Below, in pieces: positions 18,688 to 28,933 of a DNA stretch of 64,000 nucleotides. The stretch spans positions 3,946 to 67,945 of the forward strand of contig JBAYHD010000004.1 of NCBI GenBank assembly GCA_041666305.1, given 5' to 3'. How positions within the stretch are numbered: the first letter of the stretch is position 1; each line of letters begins with the position of its first letter. The notes beneath the pieces are model-generated. The model was not told the origin of the DNA and searched no databases. It saw only the letters and a list, made by a program, of their open reading frames with translations. Position numbers and translations under genes: made by a program. The stretch is from Minisyncoccota bacterium (lineage in GTDB: Bacteria; Patescibacteriota; Minisyncoccia; Phycocordibacterales; Phycocordibacteraceae).

Positions 18688-19391
18688 ATGTTGGAGGGAT
18701 ATACGAGAGGGTATAATTTCTTTGCAAGCTCCAGGTCTTCATAGGTATCGATATCAGCCCCCCTTTCAAAGGGGAGAACATATTTCGTAAGGTCTTTTCC
18801 ATAAAACTTATTTTCTACAAGAAAATTCGCGATTTTTATCCACCGTATGGCTCCGCTGGGGCAATATATATCCTTCGGCAACAGCTTGGAATCAACTACA
18901 TATTTTTTGCCAAAAAAGAAATCCAGTTTCCCCTCTTGTTCCTGAAGTGCCCAAAAAGGATACAGCCACTCATACCTCAATACGCTCATTAAGCAGTTGG
19001 CTCCCGATTCAATGACCCGTGCATGCGACGCAGTGACATCCTCGCTCGTTCGCAGCGGACAATTAGGCATCAGGAGACAAAGATTTTCGAATGTCGTCTG
19101 CCCCACTTCTCGCAATACGTGCTGGGTAACCTCCTCCAAGGAAGCGGTGTCCCCCGAAAATTCTGCGGGACGGCGCACCGTCTTAACCCCATACGAAGAA
19201 GCTACGTGGAGTATTTCCTCAGAATCTGAGCTTACATATATGTGTGCGCCGAAAAGACCCGAATGTTGTGCCGCCTCAATGGTATACGCCAGCATGGGCT
19301 TGCCGTGGAAATCAACGATGTTTTTTTTAGGGATCCGTTTAGAACCTCCTCGAGCCGGGATGAGGCATATATTTTTTGTGGTGTCCGGCAT
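18684..19391 (-). CDS. neuA: Acylneuraminate (nonulosonate) cytidylyltransferase, NeuA/PseF family
   Basis: LIPARGGSKRIPKKNI, VSSDSEEI, DIDTYEDL. Confidence 0.88.
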   Translation of the reverse strand: MPDTTKNICLIPARGGSKRIPKKNIVDFHGKPMLAYTIEAAQHSGLFGAHIYVSSDSEEILHVASSYGVKTVRRPAEFSGDTASLEEVTQHVLREVGQTTFENLCLLMPNCPLRTSEDVTASHARVIESGANCLMSVLRYEWLYPFWALQEQEGKLDFFFGKKYVVDSKLLPKDIYCPSGAIRWIKIANFLVENKFYGKDLTKYVLPFERGADIDTYEDLELAKKLYPLVYPSNI

Positions 19392-19394
19392 AGA

Positions 19395-20348
19395 TCAGTG
19401 TGCAACGTACTTCGTGCTGTAAGCCTTTCGTGCCCCCGGATATTTCCGTAATGCTGGCTTCCCGGGCCATCCGGAATCCAGCGACAGGATGATGAACATC
19501 TGTTTTGTTTCGAGCGTATGATCCATCTCCCCGGCGGTCAACAAACCTTCATGCAGTTTTTCTCCGGGCCGGAGACCTATGAAACTGAGTTTGACTTTCT
19601 TCCCATTCGCATATTTCTTCACTGTTTCCTCCGCAAAGGCAACGATCGAATGTTCTTTCATTTTTAGCACGAAAATCTCTCCTCCCTTCATAAGGCGCGC
19701 GGCATCAAAGGTAAGACGGACCGCCTCGGGAATTTCCATGAAGAAGCGAAATGCTCGGCGATCAGTGATGGTCACCGGATCCCCCACTTCTATCTGCTTG
19801 CGCCAGAGATGGACCACTGAGCCTCGGGAATGCAGAACATTCCCAAAGCGCACGCAAGAAAACCTCGTACGCCCCATGCCGATGGTACCGTTCGCAGCTA
19901 TGATGAGGCGCTCCATCATGAGTTTGCTTGCACCTAATACAGACTCGGGACTAACTGCTTTATCGGTTGAGATGGCAATAACTTTTTCGAGATTGTGTCT
20001 GAGACTCACATCTATGACATTTTGCGTGCCAACCACATTCGTCTTCACGGCTTCAAAGGGATTATATTCACAGACCGGCACATGCTTCAGTGCCGCGGCA
20101 TGAAAACATATGTCAACATCCTTGAAAGCAAAATCGAGACGATCTTTGTCACGTACGTCGCCGATAAGATAGCGGAGACGCATATCCTCGCCAAGCTCTT
20201 GCCGCAGCTCATATTGTTTGTGTTCATCCCGACTGTAAATGCGTATTTGAGCGACATTGGTCATACGCAATTGCCGAACTATTTCGGAGCCGATGGAGCC
20301 CGTGCCGCCGGTGACCAATATTATTTTCCCGTCAAATATTCCTTTCAT
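19395..20348 (-). CDS. NDP-GlcNAc 4,6-dehydratase, CapD/PseB-like
   Basis: ILVTGGTGSIG, SRDEHKQ, HAAALKHVP, STDKA, VRFGNV, GLRPGEKLHE. Confidence 0.9.
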   Translation of the reverse strand: MKGIFDGKIILVTGGTGSIGSEIVRQLRMTNVAQIRIYSRDEHKQYELRQELGEDMRLRYLIGDVRDKDRLDFAFKDVDICFHAAALKHVPVCEYNPFEAVKTNVVGTQNVIDVSLRHNLEKVIAISTDKAVSPESVLGASKLMMERLIIAANGTIGMGRTRFSCVRFGNVLHSRGSVVHLWRKQIEVGDPVTITDRRAFRFFMEIPEAVRLTFDAARLMKGGEIFVLKMKEHSIVAFAEETVKKYANGKKVKLSFIGLRPGEKLHEGLLTAGEMDHTLETKQMFIILSLDSGWPGKPALRKYPGARKAYSTKYVAH

Positions 20349-21523
20349 ATTGTAGGGGCCTTATTGTTGTCGGTAAATTTCCTGAACACGGCGATGACGC
20401 GGTCCATATCTTTTTTCGGTATATGCGAATACAACGGCAAGGATAGCACACGCTCTGCCACATCATCGGTCACCGGAAGCAGTGTTCTTTTTTTTGCGAA
20501 CTGCCGATAGGCGGTCTGTCGATGGAGCGGCGGGTAGAAATACTTCCGTGTGGCAATATGGTGCTCTGCAAAAAAATCAAAGAGTTGGTCACGCGTATAA
20601 CCAAGCGTATCCGAATCAATGTAGACAGAGAGTATGTAATAGGTGGTCGTACTGCCGCGCGGGATTACCTGGAACCGTAGTCCGGGTTCAATTTCTGTAA
20701 GTTTGGATATCATATAGGCAGCCTTTGCGCGCCGATTTCCAAGATTTGTAGGAAGTTTCGCGAATGACCGAAGCCCGATGGCCGCATGAAGCTCCGACAT
20801 GCGCGCACTGAGCCCCACGAAGAGAGTATTGTTCGTTCCATCATCACCGTAGTTGCGCCCCAAGCGGACGAATTGCGCCAGTTCGTCGTTATTCGTAGCA
20901 ACGATGCCGCCTTCCCCGGCCGTCAATAATTTTATGGGACTGCAACTGAACACCTCTGCATCGCCAAAACTGCCCGCATGCCGTTTTCCATAGGTCGAGC
21001 CAAATGCATGCGCCGCATCAAAAATAAGTTTCAACGTATACTTCTTCGCTAAAGCTTCCAATTTCTTTACATCACATACGGCACCAAACACATGTGTGGC
21101 AAGTATCGCCGATGTTTTCGGCGTAATGAGCTTCTGTACGGATTTCGGATCGATTGTGTAGGTCCGAGGATTGATGTCGGCAAATACCGGCGTAAGACCG
21201 TTCCAGATGAGCGCATGGCCGGACGCCGAAAAAGTAAAACTCGGTATGATAACTTCCCCACGAAGCCCAAGACCTTTGAGCGCGAGCATGAGGCCAGAGG
21301 TACACGAGGAAACCGCAACACAGTGTTTTACGCCGAGATATCGGGCGGTCTTTTTTTCAAACTCGCGTACATGCACATGTGTCGTAAGCATACCGCTCGT
21401 CATAGTCTTTCTGAAAAGTGGGACGTAGGCAGAAAATGCCTCAAGCGTAGGCCGGGTCACGGGGATATACTTCGCAGACCGCGAAGGGGTCTTCGGGGGT
21501 GATTTTTTCATCTTTTCACTCAT
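20345..21523 (-). CDS. DegT/DnrJ/EryC1/StrS sugar aminotransferase
   Basis: AVSSCTSGL, IFDAAHAFG, FSCSPIKLLTAGEGG, LSLPLY. Confidence 0.92.
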   Translation of the reverse strand: MSEKMKKSPPKTPSRSAKYIPVTRPTLEAFSAYVPLFRKTMTSGMLTTHVHVREFEKKTARYLGVKHCVAVSSCTSGLMLALKGLGLRGEVIIPSFTFSASGHALIWNGLTPVFADINPRTYTIDPKSVQKLITPKTSAILATHVFGAVCDVKKLEALAKKYTLKLIFDAAHAFGSTYGKRHAGSFGDAEVFSCSPIKLLTAGEGGIVATNNDELAQFVRLGRNYGDDGTNNTLFVGLSARMSELHAAIGLRSFAKLPTNLGNRRAKAAYMISKLTEIEPGLRFQVIPRGSTTTYYILSVYIDSDTLGYTRDQLFDFFAEHHIATRKYFYPPLHRQTAYRQFAKKRTLLPVTDDVAERVLSLPLYSHIPKKDMDRVIAVFRKFTDNNKAPTI

Positions 21524-21603
21524 AGTATTAAACAAAACCTAGACCGTCAAAGTTACCAAAAATAAAATTTTGCCGAGACAAACCGCGGCCCAATCCTAAC
21601 CGC

Positions 21604-22290
21604 CTAGTGCGATTTTGGCACGAAAAATCTACCCAAATCGTCGACTATTGTATCTTTGATCGTTGCTCCGCCGTAACATGTTTCTGCAGCGACAGAGCAC
21701 ACGGTCACTTTTGACTGCAATCCTTCGAAGACCTTGAATGCATCACGCAAAACACGAGGCGCGTGATTGGCAGAACTGACGGCATAGAACATGACCGAAT
21801 TCGTGTTGTATGTATCAGCGATAATGTTCCGTGCCGCGACGAGCCCATCTTGTGTAAACTGGCTCTTGGTGTCACATATCGATCTACTTTCAAGCCATTG
21901 TTTATAGACCGTTTCGTCCGCCCACATAGCATCATTGAATCGGTGCGGAAAATCTCGCTTGAGAGCGGAGAATGACTTCAAAGCCATATCAAGAAAGAAT
22001 TCAGATTCATACAACCCGTCTTTGATTCGGCTCGAGCCACTTGACCAAATGATACGGTCTGCGGCGATGTGCTGTGCGAGCCAAATGGTCATCGGCAACC
22101 GGCCTAATGCTCCCGTCTCTTTGTCGCCCCAGCACACAAGTGGTAGATCCTGGTGTGTTCCTTCAGACCCGATGTACTGAATGGTGTTTCGAGGAATATT
22201 CGGGTCTTCTGCGAGAGAGTACCCCAGGAAAAAAACAACATTTTTAGTGTCTCGATGATGAGCGCTATTGATAAGATTCCGGTCAGCCAT
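21604..22290 (-). CDS. Hypothetical protein, YdcF/DUF218-like
   Basis: IIWSSG, ESE, and VSSANHAPRV resembling the YdcF VTSxxHxxRA motif. Confidence 0.5.
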   Translation of the reverse strand: MADRNLINSAHHRDTKNVVFFLGYSLAEDPNIPRNTIQYIGSEGTHQDLPLVCWGDKETGALGRLPMTIWLAQHIAADRIIWSSGSSRIKDGLYESEFFLDMALKSFSALKRDFPHRFNDAMWADETVYKQWLESRSICDTKSQFTQDGLVAARNIIADTYNTNSVMFYAVSSANHAPRVLRDAFKVFEGLQSKVTVCSVAAETCYGGATIKDTIVDDLGRFFVPKSH

Positions 22291-22445
22291 AATGGATGGA
22301 TGAGATTATACACTACTGATTCAGGTATCCGTTCTGATAGGATCCCTTTAGAACCCTTACGGAAATTTGACAGGCAAAGAAATAGGTGATTAAATACAGG
22401 CAGACAGGAATTGCAATCAATGAAGACCTTTACAAGGAGAACACC

Positions 22446-22856
22446 ATGACCAGCCGTTTTAAAAATCGACCGCCGTTGCCAAAGCTTGTGCACGGTCAGC
22501 CGACAGAGTGGCACTGGGTCGTGTACCACCCGAAAAATCTGGTTCTCAGCGATGAAACCGATATCGGGTGCTTCACTTCCATCCATGCTCAACATGGCGT
22601 CGTGATTGAGGACGAAGTGCAGATCGGTTCGCACTGCTCCATCTACTCAATGTCCAGCATCAGTGTGAGCGGAGAACCCGTTGTCGGCAAGGTAACCATC
22701 AAAAAAGGCGCCAGCGTCGGGTCTCACTCAACCGTGATGCCCGGTGTCACCATCGGCGAGGGAGCTGTCGTCGGTGCGCACAGTCTCGTCCTTACGGACA
22801 TTCCGGCGCATTGCATCGCGTACGGCGTGCCTGCAAAGGTGGTCAAGCAACTCTAG
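22446..22856 (+). CDS. Hexapeptide-repeat (LbH) acyltransferase
   Basis: VVIEDEVQIGSHCSI, VMPGVTIGEGAVVGAHSLV, AYGVPAKV; SD AAGGAG before ATG 22446. Confidence 0.9.
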   Translation: MTSRFKNRPPLPKLVHGQPTEWHWVVYHPKNLVLSDETDIGCFTSIHAQHGVVIEDEVQIGSHCSIYSMSSISVSGEPVVGKVTIKKGASVGSHSTVMPGVTIGEGAVVGAHSLVLTDIPAHCIAYGVPAKVVKQL

Positions 22857-22879
22857 ATCTCACGTCTAGGCGCGAGACC

Positions 22880-22909
22880 AACCCCCGGTATGCCGGGGGT
22901 TTCCTTTTT
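22880..22909 (+). terminator. Intrinsic terminator
   Basis: AACCCCCGG-TATG-CCGGGGGTT followed by TCCTTTTT. Confidence 0.7.
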
Positions 22910-22920
22910 ACGTGGGCAGT

Positions 22921-23976
22921 TCAAAAATCCTTTCCTTCTATGATCTGGTCCTTTCCTATGTTTCGGCGCGCCGTCTTTCCGATAATATACTCCATTGCTT
23001 CCGGAGGCAGACCGGTTCCAGGGCGCTTAACATCCAAATCTTTTTCTGTAATGATCTCTCCTTGCTTGATATCTTTGGCCGCTACGACGCTTCTGCGAAA
23101 CGCGTCCTTTCGCTCCTGACTCTCCTGACTCACGATCCGTGTACTGCCGAGCGCTTTATGAATTCTTTTACTCTCGGTGCACATGATCCTCAAATCAGCC
23201 TCGTCAGCGGAGACCTTGTGGTCCCACCCGACCATCGTCTTATCGAGAGTAAAATGTTTTTCAATAACGCATGCCCCGAGTGCCACCGAAGCCAAAGGTA
23301 TGGAATAACCGATGGTATGGTCCGAGAAACCGACCGGATACGGATAGAGCTTCTGATAGGTCGGTATATTGTTCAAATTAACTTGGCGGTCCTCGGGCGG
23401 ATAGATGGAGATACAGTGGAGAATGACTATCTGGGTGTTCCCTTCCGCTTCAATGACCGAAATCGCCTTATCGATCTCGCTCAGAGTACTGAGACCCGTG
23501 GACATGACAATGGGCTTGCCCTTTCTTGCAATATATTTCAAAAACGGATAATTATTCGCGTCCATTGACGCCACTTTGATGAAAGGAGCGTGGAGCTTGT
23601 CGACCAAGAAATCAACTTCCTTTTTTGAGAACGGCGTCGATATCATATCGATGCCTACCTCATCCGCTATTTTCTTCATCTCTAAGAGCTCGGACTCGGA
23701 GATGGAAAACTTTTCTACGATCTTCTCCAGGGTGTAATCCTTCCTGTTGCGATAATCGTCCTTTAGGAAAAAATTGTCGTCATACACTTTCTTTGAAAAG
23801 ATGGAATCTTTTGACCAACTTTGAAATTTCACACAATCGGCGCCGGCCGCCCCCGCGGCGCGGATCATATTTTCCGCCAGCTTCATATCTCCATTGTGAT
23901 TTGAACCGAGCTCGGCAATGATATATGGCTCGCAAAAATTGAACACCTCTCTTGTATCGGTAAGGTTAACTTTCAT
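22921..23976 (-). CDS. neuB: N-acetylneuraminate/nonulosonate synthase (NeuB family) with SAF domain
   Basis: IIAELGSNHNGD, VKFQ, STPF, KVASMD, GFSDHT, IEKHFTLD, KRPGTG. Confidence 0.93.
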   Translation of the reverse strand: MKVNLTDTREVFNFCEPYIIAELGSNHNGDMKLAENMIRAAGAAGADCVKFQSWSKDSIFSKKVYDDNFFLKDDYRNRKDYTLEKIVEKFSISESELLEMKKIADEVGIDMISTPFSKKEVDFLVDKLHAPFIKVASMDANNYPFLKYIARKGKPIVMSTGLSTLSEIDKAISVIEAEGNTQIVILHCISIYPPEDRQVNLNNIPTYQKLYPYPVGFSDHTIGYSIPLASVALGACVIEKHFTLDKTMVGWDHKVSADEADLRIMCTESKRIHKALGSTRIVSQESQERKDAFRRSVVAAKDIKQGEIITEKDLDVKRPGTGLPPEAMEYIIGKTARRNIGKDQIIEGKDF

Positions 23977-24063
23977 AGGTTAGTATCGTAGCGCGAGTGT
24001 CGTCATTAGTATAACTGCGTATTGGACAAAAAAGAAACACCTCCAAAACTGGCACCAGAAAAT

Positions 24064-25059
24064 CTATCTCTTGTGCGAGTCTGCTACTTTTTTTGCGACG
24101 ACCCACATACTGGAAGAGAGATTGTTCGAAGAAAGAAATTCTTGGAATGGTTTCCCTAACCTCTCCCATTCCCCGATCAAAACTCGTTTTAAGAATGGGT
24201 CGGCAAGTTCGAATGTACCATCGAGAACCTCTCGACGAACAAGTTCTGCGTCTAATTTGCCCGGTGTGGTAATCTCAACAATCTCAAATCCACATCGTTC
24301 AAATAATATTTGAATAGAATGCGGATTGAAATAGTTGATATGTTCGTGATCAACATTTGAACTTACTGTTCCAAGAAGTTCGATATCAAATCCTTTTCCG
24401 TTCGGGCACGTAAGTATCATAAGCCCGCCCGGCCGTAAGAATCTATTGCAATTTTTCAGGAAGTCATACGGGGAAAACAAATGCTCAATGACCTCAAAAT
24501 TCGCCACCACATCAAATAGCTCGTCCATCTGCACCTTTTCGATGGCACTCTCTATCGTTTCGATGCCTTTGTCCCGACAAACTTGTGCGAGAGCGGGAAC
24601 GGGTTCTACGGCCACTATTCTTTTAAAGACATTCCGGGACATAAGCTCCTCGCAAAAAGTTCCGTAGGCCGCACCGACTTCAAGAAGAGAAGCTTGTCCG
24701 CGAGTGCAAACGGAAAGTAATTTGTCTACCCTGGGCTTAAACATCATCTCTCTCCGAGCGGCATCAGAACTCGGGAATATATTTTCAGCCCAGTACGTAT
24801 ACAGCTTAGATATTCGATAAAATTCGTTCAACAGCGCTTCCGAGGGCCGAGGATTTACATACATCGTCGTACACACGTTGCAATCGACATACGTAATCCC
24901 CAACTTACTGTATTTGTATGTGCAATCATCTGCACCACACGCAGGGCACGGCACCGTGACAAATTGATCCTTTCTTTCTACCAAATATGCCGCATCCTGC
25001 AGACTAGCTTTTTTGGCATCTTTTTCGAATATTGCAGGACGTATGTCGTTTACCTTCAT
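24064..25059 (-). CDS. Class I SAM methyltransferase with N-terminal Cys4 zinc ribbon
   Basis: CPACG...CNVC, LLEVGAAYG, FEVIEHL, EHINYF. Confidence 0.85.
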   Translation of the reverse strand: MKVNDIRPAIFEKDAKKASLQDAAYLVERKDQFVTVPCPACGADDCTYKYSKLGITYVDCNVCTTMYVNPRPSEALLNEFYRISKLYTYWAENIFPSSDAARREMMFKPRVDKLLSVCTRGQASLLEVGAAYGTFCEELMSRNVFKRIVAVEPVPALAQVCRDKGIETIESAIEKVQMDELFDVVANFEVIEHLFSPYDFLKNCNRFLRPGGLMILTCPNGKGFDIELLGTVSSNVDHEHINYFNPHSIQILFERCGFEIVEITTPGKLDAELVRREVLDGTFELADPFLKRVLIGEWERLGKPFQEFLSSNNLSSSMWVVAKKVADSHKR

Positions 25060-25997
25060 AATGCCTCATTGACTGCTTCTTCAATAATGTAGTGCGGACG
25101 CGCTTTCGCCTCATCAAAGATAACCCCTATGTACTCGCCAAGGATACCTAAAAAGATGAGCTGGGTACCGCTGAATATTGAAAGGAGGACGGTGACGGTC
25201 GCCCATCCGGCAGGAAAGACGTTGCCGATGAAATATTGAACGGTCGTGAGAAGCGCAAAAAAGAACCCGAACAACGCGAAGGCGAACCCCACAAAGGTCG
25301 CGAGGCGGAGCGGTTTCTTGCTGAAAGAAACCGCCCCCAGTACCGCGAACCCGACGAGCTTACTGAACGAGTAGTGACTTTCCCCGGCAAAACGCCGTTT
25401 TGCGGTGAAAAAAACGGGAACCTGACGAAAACCGACCCAACTCACCAGTCCACGAAGGAACAGTGTCCGCTCACGAAGATCGTTTTTCAGAACATCGACA
25501 ACGCGCCGAGACATCAAGCGGAAATCCGCGACATTCTCGTTCATCGGCAGATCAGATATGAATTGGAAGAACCGATAGAACATGCGGCCGGCGAACCGGC
25601 GAACCACAGACCCCCCTTCAGTGCCCGTGCGCACGGTGTAGACAATATCGTTCCCTTTTTCGTATTCGGCGAGGAGTTCGGGGATAACTTCAGGTGGATG
25701 TTGGAGGTCAGAATCCATTGTGATGACGATATCCCCTATCGCGTGGTCGAGCCCCGCAAGGAGCGCCATCTGATGTCCGAAATTCCTGGAGAACTTTATG
25801 ATACGAACGTCCGGATCGCGTTTCGCGAGCGTTTTCAACAGGTCGAATGTTCCGTCGCTCCCTCCATCAACGACGAAAAGGACATCCGTTGCATAGCGGC
25901 CCGACAGCTTCATAAGCTCTGCTTTCAGAGCTTCATAGAAGGTTGTGATGCCCTCCACTTCGTTATACGCGGGGCAGACGACGGTGAGCCGTTTCAT
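25056..25997 (-). CDS. GT2 polyprenyl-phosphate glycosyltransferase (GtrB/ArnC-like)
   Basis: VCPAYNE, VDGGSDGT, SRNFGHQ, MDSDLQHPP, DFRLMSR; two C-terminal TMs. Confidence 0.92.
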   Translation of the reverse strand: MKRLTVVCPAYNEVEGITTFYEALKAELMKLSGRYATDVLFVVDGGSDGTFDLLKTLAKRDPDVRIIKFSRNFGHQMALLAGLDHAIGDIVITMDSDLQHPPEVIPELLAEYEKGNDIVYTVRTGTEGGSVVRRFAGRMFYRFFQFISDLPMNENVADFRLMSRRVVDVLKNDLRERTLFLRGLVSWVGFRQVPVFFTAKRRFAGESHYSFSKLVGFAVLGAVSFSKKPLRLATFVGFAFALFGFFFALLTTVQYFIGNVFPAGWATVTVLLSIFSGTQLIFLGILGEYIGVIFDEAKARPHYIIEEAVNEAL

Positions 25998-26019
25998 GGG
26001 AATGTGAGGAAATGATACC

Positions 26020-26907
26020 TCATAACTCTAAATATTTCCGCACCGCTTTCTCAAGAGGAATCTTTGCATGCCATGCCAGGAGACGTTCCGCCTTTTCGGA
26101 AACGCCGACTGACTGACGTTTTTTGCGGGACAGATTTTTCAGAATATACGGCAGATGAAGCGCCTTACTAAAAAGCTCCACGACGTCACGGATCGGTGTT
26201 CCATGACCTGAACATATATTGACAAGCTCGTACTCGCCGTCTGCCTTCGCGGTGAGCGCCGCGAGAATTGCCTCAAGTACATCTTCCATCGCCACGAAAT
26301 CGCGTACGTCCTTTGCGCTGCTCACTTCTATCACTCTCGGGGGTCTTTTTTTGAACTGGTCCGTAAGTGCTGTGAAAATATTTGGCCGATCAGAAACAAA
26401 TCCTTCTATAGGCCGACGCGTCACAAATCCCATCACATTGAAGATGCGAAGGTTGAATGTCTTTACTTTGTGTGTCCGTGCGAACGCTTCGACAAGAATG
26501 CTCTGTGCAAGTTTGCTCTGTCCGTACGCACCTTCGGGATGACCTTTTGAATTTTCGCGGAACGGGCGCGAGGAAAAGCCATACTCGGAAGCCGAACCGA
26601 TATTCACGAAACGAGTGAGCTTCTTCATACGGGACAACGTAGCGAGGAGCGTGGCGGTCCCGGTGACATTTGCCGCGTGATAGGCAGCCTTGGAGGGAGC
26701 CTTATTTCTTACGAGTGAGTGGGGGGTGATACCTCCGAAGTGGACAACGGCCGTAATGTCGCGCGCAATCGATTTCGGATGCGCTCGATCATATGGTACA
26801 TACGGAATGCCTCGTTTCTTAAGGACCTCAACGAACGCACTTCCCAGTACGCCGTGGCTCCCGGTCACCAAGACCTTCATGGCTCTTTCAGCCTTTTTTG
26901 CCATCAT
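26020..26907 (-). CDS. NAD-dependent epimerase/dehydratase (extended SDR)
   Basis: VLVTGSHGVLG, SASEYG, YGQSK, RDFV; start ATG 26907 (TAGAAT 6 nt upstream) or 26880. Confidence 0.85.
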   Translation of the reverse strand: MMAKKAERAMKVLVTGSHGVLGSAFVEVLKKRGIPYVPYDRAHPKSIARDITAVVHFGGITPHSLVRNKAPSKAAYHAANVTGTATLLATLSRMKKLTRFVNIGSASEYGFSSRPFRENSKGHPEGAYGQSKLAQSILVEAFARTHKVKTFNLRIFNVMGFVTRRPIEGFVSDRPNIFTALTDQFKKRPPRVIEVSSAKDVRDFVAMEDVLEAILAALTAKADGEYELVNICSGHGTPIRDVVELFSKALHLPYILKNLSRKKRQSVGVSEKAERLLAWHAKIPLEKAVRKYLEL

Positions 26908-26962
26908 ACGGGGCATTCTACAGGATGCGCGTTCAGAAACAATGAAGCGTATCCGCTCGCTT

Positions 26963-27667
26963 TTATTTCTTTCTGACCGCAACTGCGATCAGACTTAAAC
27001 CAAACGGCAACGATACGACACGGGTCATAAACGCTTCTAGACGTATGAGTTGCAAAAGAACGACATTGATAAAACTTCCCGGCGAAAGGCCGCTTTCTCC
27101 TGCAACACCGCACAATCGAGCAAGCGCCGCCACGGGGAAAAGCACTGCATTCCAGTATCCAATGACGCGAACCTCAAAACCGCTCTCCACAAGCTTCCGT
27201 CTCAGCTCGCGGGCGCGATACCGACGAAAATGCCGGTTGCGTTCGTCGTGTGCACTCCAGAGCCACTGGTAGGAGGGTACGGTGAGTACGAGCACCCCGT
27301 CCTCAGTAAGGGAATTACGCAAACGAGTGAGCATATCCCCGTCGTTCTCGATATGCTCCAGCACGTCAAAAAGTCCAATCATATCGTGTTTCTCCGTGAG
27401 CGCCTGCGTAACATCGGTGTATATATGCCGATACCCGCGATGTGCGAGCTCCTGCATCGCTTCACGGTCCGGTTCAAATGCATCGATGTCATCTGCATAC
27501 TTCTTGAGGAGCACACACATACCACCGTAGCCGGCGCCGAGGTCGAGCGCCGTATTCCGCTTCGGAGTATGGGCACGGCTGAGCGCAGAGCGCACGATAC
27601 TGATGCGCCCGCGATACCACCACGAATCCTCGGTGTCATGCATAAGCTTTAAAAGTGCGTGGTCCAT
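26963..27667 (-). CDS. Class I SAM methyltransferase
   Basis: EDSWWYRGR, LDLGAGYG, FDVLEHI, LWSAHDERNRHFRRY. Confidence 0.88.
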   Translation of the reverse strand: MDHALLKLMHDTEDSWWYRGRISIVRSALSRAHTPKRNTALDLGAGYGGMCVLLKKYADDIDAFEPDREAMQELAHRGYRHIYTDVTQALTEKHDMIGLFDVLEHIENDGDMLTRLRNSLTEDGVLVLTVPSYQWLWSAHDERNRHFRRYRARELRRKLVESGFEVRVIGYWNAVLFPVAALARLCGVAGESGLSPGSFINVVLLQLIRLEAFMTRVVSLPFGLSLIAVAVRKK

Positions 27668-27670
27668 AGG

Positions 27671-28930
27671 TTATGGCGTAAATATAAAACGCCGCATGAT
27701 ACTAAAGCTCGATAGTGCGATCAGGAGGGCCACAAAAAATTCAGACGCAATGTACCAAAGACCGAGTTCGGTAAGAAGATACACTCCGCAAGCGTTGAGA
27801 CCGATATTCATGATATTCAAGAAGAGGAACCGTATGAATTGCGCACGCGCTGCGGCAGAGATGCTATTTTGGAATGTCCAAAACTTCTGGAACGCGAAGC
27901 TCACCGCAATGGATATCGCGTATGCAATCGTTGCCGAGTAGAGATACCAGAGCGAGAACCATTCGGTGAGCACATACAGCAAAGAGAGCGTTGTGAGAAA
28001 AGCAAGAATACCCGTGATGAGAAATCGCACCATACGCCACGGGTCAAGTAATTCGTTCCCGGCAGAAGCATGCATCGCTTTATCGAGGATTACTCGAAAC
28101 TGCTCGCTCATAAGCAGAGCCTTTTCTGCTGTGCGAGCCGATGAAAGATACCATGCGCTATTGGCATGATTCCTATTGAACTCGGAGCGTTCTGCGACTC
28201 CTGGATGGAAAACAAGTTCGACGGTCCCCGCTCGATACTTTTGCAACGTCGAAAAGCCGGCGGCGATGTTGTCAACGGTCATGTGTCCGGAAAATAAAAA
28301 ACCAAGTAGGTAGTCATTTGTCCGGATGCCCCTTGCCGCCGCATACGCGCGATTACGATGCCCCAGAAAAAGAAAGGCATATCGGGTCAGGGCATGCATA
28401 CCAATATATGTTCGCACATTCCCGCGTGCGTAATAGAACGGCTCCGTCGTGATACGGATGTACCGTATGCCGGGAAGCGCCGAGACGATGTCGAAGACGA
28501 ACGGGATCATGTGCACATGCTGATGTCCGTTCGCAGCATCCACCGCAACCTCAGCCCGTATCCGTTGCCATTGCGCAGAAAGCTCGCGACTAACCTGTTC
28601 CCGCAATTCTGTCCGCCGCGAGCTTGAACTGAACAGGTAGGTGAGCAGAAGCGAGGTGCTGGAATTCTTGAACATACCGTGCGCATCGACGAGATGGGGG
28701 ATTTCTTTCGGATCCAAAAGCGCTTTCCCTTCGGTAAGATTCAGGTGCACCGCCAACGTAAGTCCGTCATGGCGTTTTTGATATTCTTGGAGCGCGTAGT
28801 CTGTTGCTTCACCGTTCGCAAGAATGGAGGTAGAGGTTATTGCGCCCCTATCAAATGTTTCGAGTATCGAGTCGGTCACGCGTTCCGTCAGACCGAGATC
28901 ATCGGCACTAACGATAAAAGAGTGGTTCAT
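27671..28930 (-). CDS. YdjC/ChbG-family deacetylase fused to a GtrA-family flippase domain
   Basis: SADDLG, VHLNLTEG, NGHQHVH, ELVFHPG; C-terminal RFLITG...SFAFQKFWTF four-TM GtrA pattern. Confidence 0.85.
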   Translation of the reverse strand: MNHSFIVSADDLGLTERVTDSILETFDRGAITSTSILANGEATDYALQEYQKRHDGLTLAVHLNLTEGKALLDPKEIPHLVDAHGMFKNSSTSLLLTYLFSSSSRRTELREQVSRELSAQWQRIRAEVAVDAANGHQHVHMIPFVFDIVSALPGIRYIRITTEPFYYARGNVRTYIGMHALTRYAFLFLGHRNRAYAAARGIRTNDYLLGFLFSGHMTVDNIAAGFSTLQKYRAGTVELVFHPGVAERSEFNRNHANSAWYLSSARTAEKALLMSEQFRVILDKAMHASAGNELLDPWRMVRFLITGILAFLTTLSLLYVLTEWFSLWYLYSATIAYAISIAVSFAFQKFWTFQNSISAAARAQFIRFLFLNIMNIGLNACGVYLLTELGLWYIASEFFVALLIALSSFSIMRRFIFTP

Positions 28931-28933
28931 GGG